This document shows, in pieces, positions 13,323 to 23,359 of a stretch of DNA of 64,000 nucleotides. This stretch comes from Polyangiaceae bacterium. GTDB lineage: Bacteria > Myxococcota_A > Polyangia > Polyangiales > Polyangiaceae. Position numbers and translations under genes: made by a program. The stretch covers positions 1 to 64,000 of the forward strand of contig JBGANF010000021.1 of the NCBI GenBank assembly GCA_044222475.1, written 5' to 3'. The stretch's first letter is position 1. Each line of letters starts with the position of its first letter. Under the pieces are notes generated by a model that did no database searches, was not told where the DNA came from, and saw only the letters and a list, made by a program, of their open reading frames with translations.

Positions 13323-14807
13323 TCACGAAAGCTCGCGAAACAGGCGCATTCCGGCACCGATGGTTCCCGCGACGCTGGGGAAACCGGCCGTCGCGTTGAC
13401 CATCCAGAGGTTCTCGAGCTCGGATCGGCGGGGCCCCCTGCCGAAGCCGACGTTCGCCGGGGTGAGCGCGGAGCCGTACGCGTTCCCCTTCGGCGCGAAG
13501 CAGTACCGCTCGTTGGTGACCGGCGTCCCCGCGACGCGAAGGACGACGTGGTCGCGGAGGCGCGGGACGTAGCGCGCTTCGAGCACGTCGAGGATGGTCT
13601 CGCGGACGCGCTTCTTCTCGCGGTTGTACTCGCGCCGATCGCCGCTGCGCAGCCGAGCCCATCGGTCGTAGTCGCACGACGTGGCGATCTCGAGGATCTG
13701 CTCGCCGGGCGGGCAGAGCCCGGGCTCGCTGGAGTGGAGCGTCGGCGTCGAGAGGAAGAGCCACGGGTTCGAGAGGTCGTGGCGCACGAGCTGGTCGTCG
13801 TAGATGCGGTTGATGTCGGCGTGGGGGTAGTGCCAGACGTTGAACGACCCGAAGCCGTGGTCGCGGAGATCCAAGCCCCGGATCGCGAGGTACATCGTGA
13901 ACGTGCCGCACGAGTAGTCGTACGCTTCGCGGCTTCGCGTGCCGGCGAGCTCGGCGGTTCGGCGAGGGTCGACGTTGGAGACGTAGCGCTTCGCGGAGAA
14001 GCGCTCGCCGCTCTTGGTCGTCACGCCGGTGACGCGCCCGCCGGACGTCTCGATGCGGTCGACCTCGTGCTCGTAGAGGATGGTCCCACCGCGGGACGTG
14101 ATGGCGTTCGCGATCGACTCGACGAAATGGAAGTAGTGATGCTGCGGGTAGTAGGCGCCGCGGTCGTAGTTGGAGACGAGCGCGACGTGCAGCAGGAGCG
14201 ACACGTCGCGCGGCGGCAGGAGGTAATCGCCACACTGCCCGGCGAGGACCGCGCGGAGGAGCGGCGGCATGCGTACGTGGTCGTAGAGATCGTCGAGGGT
14301 CCACTTCAAGTAGCGGATCAGGTGACGATACCGGACGACGCTGGCGAGCGCGGCGAGCGTGATCCGATTCGGCGCCGCGTCGAGCTGATCGAGCTCGTCG
14401 GCGATGGTGCGTACGACGTCGAAGTACTTTCGTAGCGGCGCTTCGGCCTCGGGATGGCGACGGATGAGGCGATCGCGGCTCTTCGAGAGCCCGTTCGGGA
14501 TGCGATGCCGGTCGCCGTCGACGACGACGTGATCGAACCCCTCGGGATCGAGGCGATGAAAGGGCACCGACTGCTCGAGCCCCAGCTCGGTGAGAAGCCG
14601 ATGGATGCTCTCCCCTTCCCCGCAGTTGAAGATGTAGTGCACCTGGGCGCAGAAGCGGTACTCGCGCATGCGGAACGTGTGCGCGTAGCCGCCCGGTACG
14701 TCGTGGGCTTCGAGCACGAGCACTCGACGGCCGCTCTTCGCGAGAAGCGCGGCCACGGTGAGACCGCCCATGCCGCTGCCGATGACGAGGTCGTCGAAGT
14801 CGGTCAC
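13323..14807 (-). CDS. Phytoene desaturase-family FAD-dependent oxidoreductase
   Basis: Rossmann 'VIGSGMGGL', 'LEAHDVPGGYAHTF', 'GTPVTNERY', 'GNAYG'; GTG start at 14807. Confidence 0.85.
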   Translation of the reverse strand: MTDFDDLVIGSGMGGLTVAALLAKSGRRVLVLEAHDVPGGYAHTFRMREYRFCAQVHYIFNCGEGESIHRLLTELGLEQSVPFHRLDPEGFDHVVVDGDRHRIPNGLSKSRDRLIRRHPEAEAPLRKYFDVVRTIADELDQLDAAPNRITLAALASVVRYRHLIRYLKWTLDDLYDHVRMPPLLRAVLAGQCGDYLLPPRDVSLLLHVALVSNYDRGAYYPQHHYFHFVESIANAITSRGGTILYEHEVDRIETSGGRVTGVTTKSGERFSAKRYVSNVDPRRTAELAGTRSREAYDYSCGTFTMYLAIRGLDLRDHGFGSFNVWHYPHADINRIYDDQLVRHDLSNPWLFLSTPTLHSSEPGLCPPGEQILEIATSCDYDRWARLRSGDRREYNREKKRVRETILDVLEARYVPRLRDHVVLRVAGTPVTNERYCFAPKGNAYGSALTPANVGFGRGPRRSELENLWMVNATAGFPSVAGTIGAGMRLFRELS

Positions 14808-14851
14808 GCGCGGATGCATACCACGCGCGGCGCCGATCGTCGGAGTCGCGA

Positions 14852-16267
14852 CTAGTTGGGGGTCTGCACCACGGTGACGCAGCCTTGGACCACGTCGATC
14901 CTGCCCCCGGTGTCGCTCTTGACCAGCGCACAGCTCGCTGGACACAGGATCACCTTCGTCGGCGTCGTGTCCGAGTCGTAGTACCAGCCGCCCTTGACCG
15001 GGTCGCACTTCGTCGAGTCGCCCACGTAGCCAAGCACGGTGACGTTGTTGTTCGACGCGGTGAACGTCACATTGACCTTCTTCGGATCCGGGATCCCTCC
15101 GTCGGGCTTCGGGAGCGTCACTTCGCACGGGAGCGACTGGGTGCGAATCTGGTTCATCGCCGTGAGGAACGCCGTCGCGGTGTTCGAGTTCGCGGTCACG
15201 ATGAACGCCTGCTTGGTGCCGCCGGCGAGCGCGATCGAGTCGAGCATCGGCTTGGCGGTCGCTTGCTCGTTCTGGGCGAAGACGCCGATGACGTAGGTGC
15301 GGATGCTGGGCGAGCCGCCGAGTCCCGCCGCCGCGATCGCGGCGATGTTCTGGGCGTTCGTGTCGCACTCGGTGGGGATCCCGTCGGTCGAGAAGACGGC
15401 GACCACGGTGTGACCGGGGTGCGCGATCGCATAGGCCTTCGCCTGATCGATGGCACCTTGGAGCGCGGCCGACGTCGGCGTGTTGCCGTTCGGTTGCTTC
15501 GCGGCGAGCGCGTTCACGACGGCGGGGGCTCCGCCGGGCAGGAGCGCGATCGGGACGGCCGGTTTCGCGTAGTCGGATGCCGTGCAGCTGTCGCCCTGGG
15601 TACAGGTCGACGTCGTGAGCGACGCGGAGCACGTTCCGAGCGCGAAGCCGTTCGCGTCGTTGCCACAGTTCGATCCGGGAACCAAGCAGAGCGTGTTGGG
15701 GTTGTTGGCGCACGTCCCGACGGCCAAGCAGTTCTCGCTCGGACCGCAGTCCGCTTTCACGTTGCACGGGACCGGGTTGCTCTTCGGCGACTGCCCGACG
15801 CACATCTTGAGGAGGCAGAAGTCCTGCGCGCCGCCGGTGCACTGCGCGCTCGACGTGCAAGTCGCCGGCTCCGTCGACTTGATGACGGGGAAGAACTGGA
15901 GACCGACGCCGAGCCCCTTCGATCCCGGATCGTTCACGAAGGTCGTGAGCGCGGACTTCACCGCGGTGTATTTCGAAGTGTTCGCGGCGATGAGGTTGTA
16001 CATCGACCCCGACGTGTCCTGCATGACGTAGAGGTCCAGTGGGGTGAGCTCCCCTTTCTGGGTGTCCGTCGCACATCCGTTGAGGCCGCTGTCGGTGTTG
16101 ATCGGACCCGTGTCAGGGAACACGACTGACCCATCGTCGGGCGGGAGCGGGGCATCCGTGCTGGTGCCGTCCGCACCTCCGTCCGTCGCGGTGGTTCCAT
16201 CCTCGTCGCTGCCGCAGGCCACGAGACCCACGAGCAACGCGCCCCCCAAACCAAGCCAGCGCTTCAT
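14852..16267 (-). CDS. vWA-domain lipoprotein with Cys-rich insertion
   Basis: Lipobox 'LVAC'; MIDAS 'DTSGSM...NTPT...STDG'; C-terminal 'GWYYD...ILCPASC'; start at ATG 16267. Confidence 0.85.
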   Translation of the reverse strand: MKRWLGLGGALLVGLVACGSDEDGTTATDGGADGTSTDAPLPPDDGSVVFPDTGPINTDSGLNGCATDTQKGELTPLDLYVMQDTSGSMYNLIAANTSKYTAVKSALTTFVNDPGSKGLGVGLQFFPVIKSTEPATCTSSAQCTGGAQDFCLLKMCVGQSPKSNPVPCNVKADCGPSENCLAVGTCANNPNTLCLVPGSNCGNDANGFALGTCSASLTTSTCTQGDSCTASDYAKPAVPIALLPGGAPAVVNALAAKQPNGNTPTSAALQGAIDQAKAYAIAHPGHTVVAVFSTDGIPTECDTNAQNIAAIAAAGLGGSPSIRTYVIGVFAQNEQATAKPMLDSIALAGGTKQAFIVTANSNTATAFLTAMNQIRTQSLPCEVTLPKPDGGIPDPKKVNVTFTASNNNVTVLGYVGDSTKCDPVKGGWYYDSDTTPTKVILCPASCALVKSDTGGRIDVVQGCVTVVQTPN

Positions 16268-16323
16268 CCCAAATGCAGTACCTCGAGCAGGGAGAAACCG
16301 GCGATTCGAGGTTCCTTTTTCGA

Positions 16324-17052
16324 CTACTTCCTGCGCTGACGCCACACGGCGTGGATGACGAGGGCGACCAGAGCGACCCCCAAGATCGCCGACGAACCGA
16401 TGGTCCCGAAGCCGAGCCCTCCCTTGTCGTGCGTCTTCGTGAGCACGTCCCCCAACGTCGCGCCGAAGGGCCGCGTCAGCACGAAGGCGATCCAGAAGAG
16501 GAGCACTCGCGAGACCTTGGTGAGAACCGTGAGCCCGACGACGACGAGGAGCAGCCCGCCGATGAGCGCCGCGCCGCCGGCGAAGCCGAGCCCCGAGTCG
16601 TCGGCCAGGAAGTCCCCGAGCGCGGTGCCGAGCGTGTTCGAGAACAGGATCGCGGCCCAGTAGAAGGTCTCGGCGCGCCGAGTGGTCACGCTGTCGACCG
16701 AGAGCGTCTTCTCGCTGAGACGCCACACGGTGAAGATCACCGCGAGGATCGTGATCAAGAGGAGCGAGCCCTTCGCGTAGCCGAGCTCGAGGGTGCGATC
16801 CATGAAGTCGGACATGGTCGTCCCGGCGGTGCTCGTCGAGAGGATGACCGCCCAATAGAGCGGCGGCAGGTAGCTCTTCACCGCGAGCTGCGCGACGAGG
16901 GTGACGAAGAAGAACGAGATGAGGATGAGCGAGCTCTTCGCGTAGCCCACGTTCATCGTCATCGAAAGCAGATCGCCGGCGGTCTCCCCGAGGGTCGTCG
17001 CGCAGATCTTCATGATCCAGAACGCGATGGAGACCTCGGGAATCTTCTTCAT
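16324..17052 (-). CDS. COG4705/DUF347-repeat integral membrane protein
   Basis: 'KIPEVSIAFWIMKICATTLGETAGD' and repeated 'YWAVILSTSTAGT..SD', 'YWAAILFSNTLGTALGD', 'FWIAFVLTRPFGATLGD'. Confidence 0.85.
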   Translation of the reverse strand: MKKIPEVSIAFWIMKICATTLGETAGDLLSMTMNVGYAKSSLILISFFFVTLVAQLAVKSYLPPLYWAVILSTSTAGTTMSDFMDRTLELGYAKGSLLLITILAVIFTVWRLSEKTLSVDSVTTRRAETFYWAAILFSNTLGTALGDFLADDSGLGFAGGAALIGGLLLVVVGLTVLTKVSRVLLFWIAFVLTRPFGATLGDVLTKTHDKGGLGFGTIGSSAILGVALVALVIHAVWRQRRK

Positions 17053-17138
17053 CGCGCCATTGGAGCGGATCCACGCGCGGGCGCCACTCGAAACGGTGTG
17101 CGACGTCGGGCGCCTGACTGACGGATTACGGGAACGAG

Positions 17139-17264
17139 ACGTACCCCTTCGCGTGCACGTGCACGTGTTCGTACTCGTTCACGTACCCCTTCGCGTGCAC
17201 GTGCACGTGCTCGTAGTCGTGTTCGTGTTCGTGTTCGTCCACGTACTCGTCCACGTGCTCGTAC
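17139..17264. repeat. Intergenic degenerate hexamer repeat (GTGCAC/GTGTTC/GTACTC/GTCCAC) containing a 42-bp tandem unit
   Basis: acgtaccccttcgcgtgcacgtgcacgtg at 17139-17167 and 17181-17209, followed by gtnnnc-type hexamers. Confidence 0.9.
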
Positions 17265-17268
17265 CGCG

Positions 17269-18957
17269 TCAGTTGGGCTGGAGAGCGCACGTACCGTTGA
17301 AGCACTGCAGTGGCGGGCAGCACTGAGAGCTGGAGCTGCACTGCCCGCAGGTGCCGTTGATGCACGCCTGGTTTCCGCAATCCTTGCATGACCCACAGCC
17401 ACCTGCGTCGGGCCCCGGCTTCTGCGGGCACTCTTGGCCGACGGTCACGACCGCGCGATCGTACCGAATGAGCGTGTCCGACGTGTCGGAGAAGTTGCCC
17501 GCGAAGATGGAGCCGTAGGTGTCGCTGTTGCTCGTGAAGAGCACGTTGGCCCGCCCGGCGTAGAGGTTCGTCGCGAACACGCCGTTGCTCGTAATCGTGA
17601 GGTTGCCGGTCGTTCCCACGTAGGTGCGACTCAAGGCCGGGTAGTTCGGCGAGCCGATCTTGAAGAGCGCAGAGGTGGTGAGAGTACCGCCGATGACGAC
17701 GTCGAACGTGGCCGTCGGGTCGAGGCCGAACGCGATGAAGCTTCCGGTCGACACGTCGCCCCCGATGTAGAGGACCGTGTGCCCGTGCGCGTAGATCGTG
17801 AGCGGACCTTTGGCCGCGATCGCATCGAGATAGTAGCTCCCACATGGGAGATCGATGCGCGCGGGTTGGTTCGCGTTCGACGCCGCGAGGACGGTCGGGT
17901 CGAGCGCCGGCACCACGCTCGCGTTGTCGTTCTGCGTCTTGCGGAACGAGACCCAGCTCGAGATGGGCAGCGGCTTCGTGCAGTCGCAGGGTGGAGGCAC
18001 CGAAACTGCCTGCTTCACGAGCTTCGAATACGTGACGCCCGCGCTGATGGTGCTACTGGGCGAAACCGTGAGCGTCTTGGCGAACGTCAGCTTCGAACCA
18101 GTGACGTTTCCACCTACCGTCCCATTGTCGCCGACGTCGAACGTCTGGGTGGTGAGGTTGCCGCCGACTTGCAGCTCCTGACGGACCCACGACGTCGACC
18201 CCGACGTGAGCCCATTTTGGGATGACGCAAAGAGCGAGCCGCCGACGTCCACCGCGCTCGAAGCGGTGAACGTCTTGTCCAACCCCACACCAGCCCCGAG
18301 CTTGCCCTGGGACTTGTTGGAGCTGTCGAAACCGACGGTCGTGAACGAGCTCGTCAACGTGATGTCGGTACACGAACACAGCGCCCAAGCGAAGGTCGTC
18401 GCCGCGATGGTGCCCGTGCAGTTCGTATCCGTGTTGTCGAAGCTTTGCGGGCCGCCGCCGTTCGGGCAATTGTTCGGACCGCCCTTCAAAACGAGCGCCG
18501 GCTTGCACGTGCCGGCCACGCATCCCTCCGTCGGCGGGCACTTGTTCCCGCAGGAACCGCAGTTTCCGTCGTCGGTCTGGAAGTCGACGCAGAATCCGTT
18601 GCACTTGCTCAGCCCGGGGAGACAGTCGTTCGCACACGTTCCGGCCGAGCAAACCTGAGTGGGCGGGCACTGCACGCCGCACCCACCGCAGTTCTTTGGG
18701 TCGACGGTGATCGGGATGCACTGCCCGTTGCACCGGGTTTGGTAGGGAGGGCAGCTCACCGCGGCATCGGCGTCCGTCGCCGCATCGAGGTTCGGAAGCG
18801 GCGACCCGTCGAGATCGCCATCGACGGTCCCGTCCGCGGCACCAGCGTCCGACGGTTCCGACGCGTCCGTGCCGCACGCGACGAGCACCATCGCTGCGGC
18901 TACCCGGTATCCCAAAGAGGCGACCGATCTTCCAACCATGGCAGCCAGTACCCTCAT
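17269..18957 (-). CDS. Cys-rich lipoprotein (myxobacterial Stig1-like repeats plus a probable beta-solenoid region)
   Basis: Lipobox 'LVAC'; repeats 'DPKNCGGCGVQC' and 'DDGNCGSCGNKC'; Cys-rich C-terminus. Start uncertain. Confidence 0.75.
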   Translation of the reverse strand: MRVLAAMVGRSVASLGYRVAAAMVLVACGTDASEPSDAGAADGTVDGDLDGSPLPNLDAATDADAAVSCPPYQTRCNGQCIPITVDPKNCGGCGVQCPPTQVCSAGTCANDCLPGLSKCNGFCVDFQTDDGNCGSCGNKCPPTEGCVAGTCKPALVLKGGPNNCPNGGGPQSFDNTDTNCTGTIAATTFAWALCSCTDITLTSSFTTVGFDSSNKSQGKLGAGVGLDKTFTASSAVDVGGSLFASSQNGLTSGSTSWVRQELQVGGNLTTQTFDVGDNGTVGGNVTGSKLTFAKTLTVSPSSTISAGVTYSKLVKQAVSVPPPCDCTKPLPISSWVSFRKTQNDNASVVPALDPTVLAASNANQPARIDLPCGSYYLDAIAAKGPLTIYAHGHTVLYIGGDVSTGSFIAFGLDPTATFDVVIGGTLTTSALFKIGSPNYPALSRTYVGTTGNLTITSNGVFATNLYAGRANVLFTSNSDTYGSIFAGNFSDTSDTLIRYDRAVVTVGQECPQKPGPDAGGCGSCKDCGNQACINGTCGQCSSSSQCCPPLQCFNGTCALQPN

Positions 18958-18999
18958 CCGGCCCCTATGAGGCAGCTCGTTCGTGCCCTCGCACTTGGA

Positions 19000-19536
19000 C
19001 TACGGGACGGGGACCCCTCCACACGTCCCGAACGTGCCTGGCAGCTTCCAATCGCTGATGTTGTTGCTCGAGCAGGTGGAGCTCGAACAACCTGGGTTCG
19101 GGGCGGCCGGATCGCAGAGCTGGACCTGGTTGCCCGTGCACGGGCCAGCCGAGCACACCGACGCGTTTTGCGCGCCCGTGCGCTCGATGCAGCACACTTG
19201 CCCTGAAGCGCAGTCCGCGGTGCCGGAGCACTTCAGCGCCGAAAGCTGATCGCCGTTCTGCGGCGGCGGGCACGCTGCATGACACTCGTACTTCGCGCTA
19301 CCGAGGTTCACGTATGCGCAGCACGTCTGTCCGACGGCGCACGTCGATGGGCCGCAAGAGATCCGTGGACCGAGAGGCGCGTCGGCGGCGGAGTCGACGG
19401 CAGTTGCACCATCGCCGCCCGCGCCGTCGGCCGCAGCTTCGTTCACGCCCCCATCGGTCGCCGGTGCGAACCTGTCGACGCTGCACGCCGCGGTGGAGAG
19501 GGCGAGCACCCCGATCAGTTGCCGACGCCGCCACAC
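19000..19536 (-). CDS. Small Cys-rich lipoprotein (paralog of 19515..20072)
   Basis: Lipobox 'TAAC'; shares 'LKCSGT', 'QLCDP.APN.GC', 'NI.DW.LP..(F/Y).TCGGV' with its neighbour; GTG start inferred. Confidence 0.7.
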   Translation of the reverse strand: MWRRRQLIGVLALSTAACSVDRFAPATDGGVNEAAADGAGGDGATAVDSAADAPLGPRISCGPSTCAVGQTCCAYVNLGSAKYECHAACPPPQNGDQLSALKCSGTADCASGQVCCIERTGAQNASVCSAGPCTGNQVQLCDPAAPNPGCSSSTCSSNNISDWKLPGTFGTCGGVPVP

Positions 19537-20072
19537 GTGGCGTACCCCTTCGGAAGTCCCCAATCGCCGATGTTGGCGGTCGAGCAAGTGGCGTTGGACG
19601 GACATCCAGAGTTGGGAGCGTTCGGATCGCACAGTTGTGCGCCGCCATTCGGGCACGCCTTCTCACACGAGGAGACCGTCTGTTTGTTCACGTCTTGATA
19701 GACGCAACACAGCGTTCCTTGCGCGCAGTTGCTGGTCCCACTGCACTTGAGACTCGTCCCCTGCGTGCCGCCGCCTACCTGAGGGCATATGGTCCCGTTG
19801 ACGCACTGATACGTCCAGGTGGGTTGGGTCTGGTAGACGCAGCACGACTGTCCCGGAATCGCGCACTGCGAGCCACCGCAGGCGATCGCTTGTGGCGTGC
19901 CGCCCGGCCCTCCGTCGGCAGTGATCGACGGCGCGCCATCCGAGAACGGGCTGGCGTCGGATGGCGTCGTCGAGCCGTCCGCCGAACCGTCCGGGGGGAT
20001 GAAGAGTGTCGTGCTGTCGGCACCACCGCAGCCCGCGACGAAGAGAACGACCGTGGAAGCAAGAATTCGCAT
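19515..20072 (-). CDS. Small Cys-rich lipoprotein
   Basis: Lipobox 'VAGC'; many Cys residues including CC pairs. Confidence 0.75.
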   Translation of the reverse strand: MRILASTVVLFVAGCGGADSTTLFIPPDGSADGSTTPSDASPFSDGAPSITADGGPGGTPQAIACGGSQCAIPGQSCCVYQTQPTWTYQCVNGTICPQVGGGTQGTSLKCSGTSNCAQGTLCCVYQDVNKQTVSSCEKACPNGGAQLCDPNAPNSGCPSNATCSTANIGDWGLPKGYATCGGVGN

Positions 20073-20341
20073 CTTCTGCCAACCTCCGCACGCGCGAGGA
20101 AATCGCGCTGTTCTCTCAGTGCCGCGACGGGCGAGCGGTCATGCAAAATTGTGGTCGCGCCGTCATGACTTCGACGATCGCAGGCGGCGCGCCGCAACGC
20201 GACGGATGAGTCGCCTGCCGTGTTGCACGATGCCCCATCGGCGAGGCAGACCGCCGCGGCGCACACGAGCTGGTCACGCGCAGAAGTTGGTGCAGGGACG
20301 CTCGCCCCGTCGCCCGGACCCGCGCGGGATCGGCGCGGAGC

Positions 20342-23300
20342 TCAGCGTTTCGCGAGCACGCGGACCCACGACGGCAGCACGAGCAGGTTCGCGAGGGTCG
20401 AAAAGAGGAGCCCTGACAGCACCGCGATCGCCAGCGGGCGCTGGAGCTCGGCTCCGGCTCCGAACGAGAGCGCGAGCGGAAGCATCCCGGCGAGCGTCGC
20501 CCCGGTCGTCATCACGATCGGGCGCGCGCGCCTCCGCACCGCGGTGACGAGCGCATCCTCGATCGTCGCGCCATCGCGACGCGCGCGGTCCGATACCTCG
20601 ACGAGGAGGATCCCGTTCTTCACGACGAGCCCGAGGAGCAGCACGCACCCCATCATCGACGACACATCGAGCGGCGTGCCGGTGACCCACAGCCCACCGA
20701 GCGCGAACGCAATGGCGAGCGGCGCTGTGAAGAGGACCGCCGCCGCCGACCGCAGGTTCCGAAACTGCGCGACCAACACGACCAGGACGAGCCCGAGCGC
20801 GGCCGCCCCTACGAGGAGGAGGTTCTTCGTCGCGTGACGCTGGGACTCGAGCTGGCCTCCGATCTCGAGTCGCACGCCGCGCGGGCGGCTCACGTCGCGG
20901 AGCACCCGCTCGACGTCGGAGTGGACGCTTCCGAGATCGCGATCCTCGAGGTCACCGGTGACGATCACGACGGGCTCGAGGCCCTCGCGCACGAGCTCGG
21001 TTGCCGTCTCGCGTCGCGAGACCGTGGCGAGCCCACCGAGGCTCACTCCCTCTCCCCGAGGCGTCGCGAGCGGAAGCGTGGCGAGCGCGTCGGGACGAAA
21101 GCGCAGGCCGTCCGGAGCGCGCAGGCGGACTCCGAGGATGCGATCCCCATACGGCATCGTCCCAACCTGCGTACCGAGCAAGAGATCATGCAGCTCGAAC
21201 GACACGTCCTCCGGCGTCATCCCCAGGCGAGACGCCGCGGCGCGGGGGGCGGCGACCGCGACGACCAGCGATGGGCGCTCGACGCCGCCATACACGTCCA
21301 CGATGCCGGGGACGTGCTCGATCCGTGACGCGACGTCGGCGGCGACGCGCTCGATCTCGGCGCGATCGGAGCCGAAGACGCGGACCTCGACCGGGTGCGG
21401 CGTGCCCGAGAGATCGTTGAGCATGTCCTGGAGGAGCTTCACGTACTCCGCGCGAACCGCGGGCACGTCGGCTTCGACGCGCGCGCGAACGTCGGCGATG
21501 ATCGCGTCGACGTGGCGTCGCTTCCCCGACGTCAATCGAACGACGAAGTCCCCTTGATGCAGCGGAGCGATCGCAGTCGGGTTGATCTGGACTCCGGTTC
21601 GTCGTGAGAACGTCGCGACCTCCGGCGTCTCGCGGAGGATGCGCTCGATCTTGGACGCGGCCGCGCTCGTGTCCTCGAGCGACGTCCCCGAAGGGGCAAA
21701 GTAGTCGAGCACGAAGGCACCTTCGTCGCACGACGGCATCAACCCGGAGGGAAGCTTCCGACCCGCCACGAAAACGAACGCGATCGCGCCGAGCGCGAAC
21801 GCCACGCCGAACCATGGACGGCGCGCGCCGAAGACGACCGACCGCTCCAACGACGAGGCGGTCTCCGTCCTCGCGACATGGGTGACGCGCTTCTTCATCA
21901 CCCAGGCCGCGAGAATCGGCACGAACAGGAGCGACACGGCCAGCGAGATGATCACCGCAGCGGTCAACGTCTTCGCGAGCGCTTGGAAGAACGTGCCGAC
22001 GACGCCATCGAGAAACGCCAACGGCAGGAACACGACGACGGTCGTGGCGGTCGTACCGAGCACGGCGGGCGCGAGATCGTCGGTCCCCTTGATCGCCGCG
22101 TCGTGTGCGTCGTCGCCCTCCTCCAATCGTCGGGCGATCGCCTCGACGACGACGATCGCATCGTCGACGACGAGCCCGATGGAGACGGCCATCCCACCGA
22201 GGGACATCAGGTTCAACGTTTGCCCGAGCAGGAGCATCGCGAGGAACGTCATCGCGAGCGTGATCGGCACAGCCGACGCCGCGACCAGCCCTGCGCGGAA
22301 GTCGCGAAGCACCAAGCCGAGCACGACGATCGAAAGTAGGATCCCCAGCGCGATCGCGTCGCGCACGCCGTGGATGGAATCCGTGACCAAAGCGCCTTGG
22401 TCGTACACCGGCTCGATCACGGTTCCGGGCGGCAGCAATGGCGTCGCCTCGTCGGCGGCGGTGATCGCGCCCGAGACGACCGCCGGAGTGCTCGCGCCGT
22501 CGACACGGCTCACGGTGACGAGGACCGCCGGCCCGCGCGGTCCGCTCGTTTCGTGCAGCCGATCCTCGGCGCCGATCGTGACGTCGGCGATGGCGGCGAG
22601 CGGTATCGCGCCCCCCTCGGGCGACTGAGCGACGATGATGGCGCCCAGATCGTCGACCTTCAGCTGCGGCGTCGTCGCGACGACCGTCAACGTCGCGTGC
22701 TCGGCGGTTCCGCGTCCGACCGCCGCACGCGGGATCGACCGCCGAATGGCCGTCGCGATCGCTTCGTACGACAGATGCAACGCGGCGGCTCGCGCCGGGT
22801 CGACCACCACTTCGACCTCGCGGACGTCACCGCCGACGATGCCCACGGCACCGACGCCGTGCACGCGGGAAAGCATGGGGCGAAAGACGAGCTCTGCCGC
22901 GTCCCGTAGGTCACGCGGGTCGCCGCCGCCGGAGACGTTGAACGAGAGGATCGGAAACGACACCGGAGTGACTCGCTCCACCGTCGTGACGACTCCCGCA
23001 GGGAGCGACGAGCGCGCGTCGGCGAGGTTGCCTTCGACGAGCTGGAGCGCCCGCCACATGTCCGTTCCGGGGCTGAAGAGGAGCTGGACATCCGCGCCGC
23101 CGCGAAGCGTGCGGCTTCGAACTCGCTCCACGCCGACTACGCCGAGGAGCGCCTGCTCGACGCGACGCGTCGCTCCCCGCTCGAAGACGTCGGGAGGGTC
23201 GTCTCCCCCGCGCAAGAGGACGCTGATCCGCGGGAAGTCCATCTCCGGGTAGATGCCGCTCGCCAGGCGCGTCGCCGAGACGACGCCGGCGAGCGAGAGC

Positions 23301-23359
23301 CCGACGAACACCAGCACGAGCAGCGCGCGGTTCGCGAGCGCGAAGCGCCCGATGGTCAC
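20342..23359 (-). CDS. RND efflux permease (AcrB/CusA superfamily), substrate unknown
   Basis: 'IGLVVDDAIVVVE', 'KNGILLV', 'RPIVMTT', 'AELQRPLA'; GTG start overlaps the adaptor stop. Confidence 0.9.
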   Translation of the reverse strand: MTIGRFALANRALLVLVFVGLSLAGVVSATRLASGIYPEMDFPRISVLLRGGDDPPDVFERGATRRVEQALLGVVGVERVRSRTLRGGADVQLLFSPGTDMWRALQLVEGNLADARSSLPAGVVTTVERVTPVSFPILSFNVSGGGDPRDLRDAAELVFRPMLSRVHGVGAVGIVGGDVREVEVVVDPARAAALHLSYEAIATAIRRSIPRAAVGRGTAEHATLTVVATTPQLKVDDLGAIIVAQSPEGGAIPLAAIADVTIGAEDRLHETSGPRGPAVLVTVSRVDGASTPAVVSGAITAADEATPLLPPGTVIEPVYDQGALVTDSIHGVRDAIALGILLSIVVLGLVLRDFRAGLVAASAVPITLAMTFLAMLLLGQTLNLMSLGGMAVSIGLVVDDAIVVVEAIARRLEEGDDAHDAAIKGTDDLAPAVLGTTATTVVVFLPLAFLDGVVGTFFQALAKTLTAAVIISLAVSLLFVPILAAWVMKKRVTHVARTETASSLERSVVFGARRPWFGVAFALGAIAFVFVAGRKLPSGLMPSCDEGAFVLDYFAPSGTSLEDTSAAASKIERILRETPEVATFSRRTGVQINPTAIAPLHQGDFVVRLTSGKRRHVDAIIADVRARVEADVPAVRAEYVKLLQDMLNDLSGTPHPVEVRVFGSDRAEIERVAADVASRIEHVPGIVDVYGGVERPSLVVAVAAPRAAASRLGMTPEDVSFELHDLLLGTQVGTMPYGDRILGVRLRAPDGLRFRPDALATLPLATPRGEGVSLGGLATVSRRETATELVREGLEPVVIVTGDLEDRDLGSVHSDVERVLRDVSRPRGVRLEIGGQLESQRHATKNLLLVGAAALGLVLVVLVAQFRNLRSAAAVLFTAPLAIAFALGGLWVTGTPLDVSSMMGCVLLLGLVVKNGILLVEVSDRARRDGATIEDALVTAVRRRARPIVMTTGATLAGMLPLALSFGAGAELQRPLAIAVLSGLLFSTLANLLVLPSWVRVLAKR

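Noticed and set aside
13323..16076. Apparent 917-aa fusion ending in a phytoene desaturase
   Set aside because: The N-terminal part is an off-frame reading of the vWA gene; the real start is near 14807.
17139..17264. CRISPR array
   Set aside because: There are no constant repeats with unique spacers and no cas genes.
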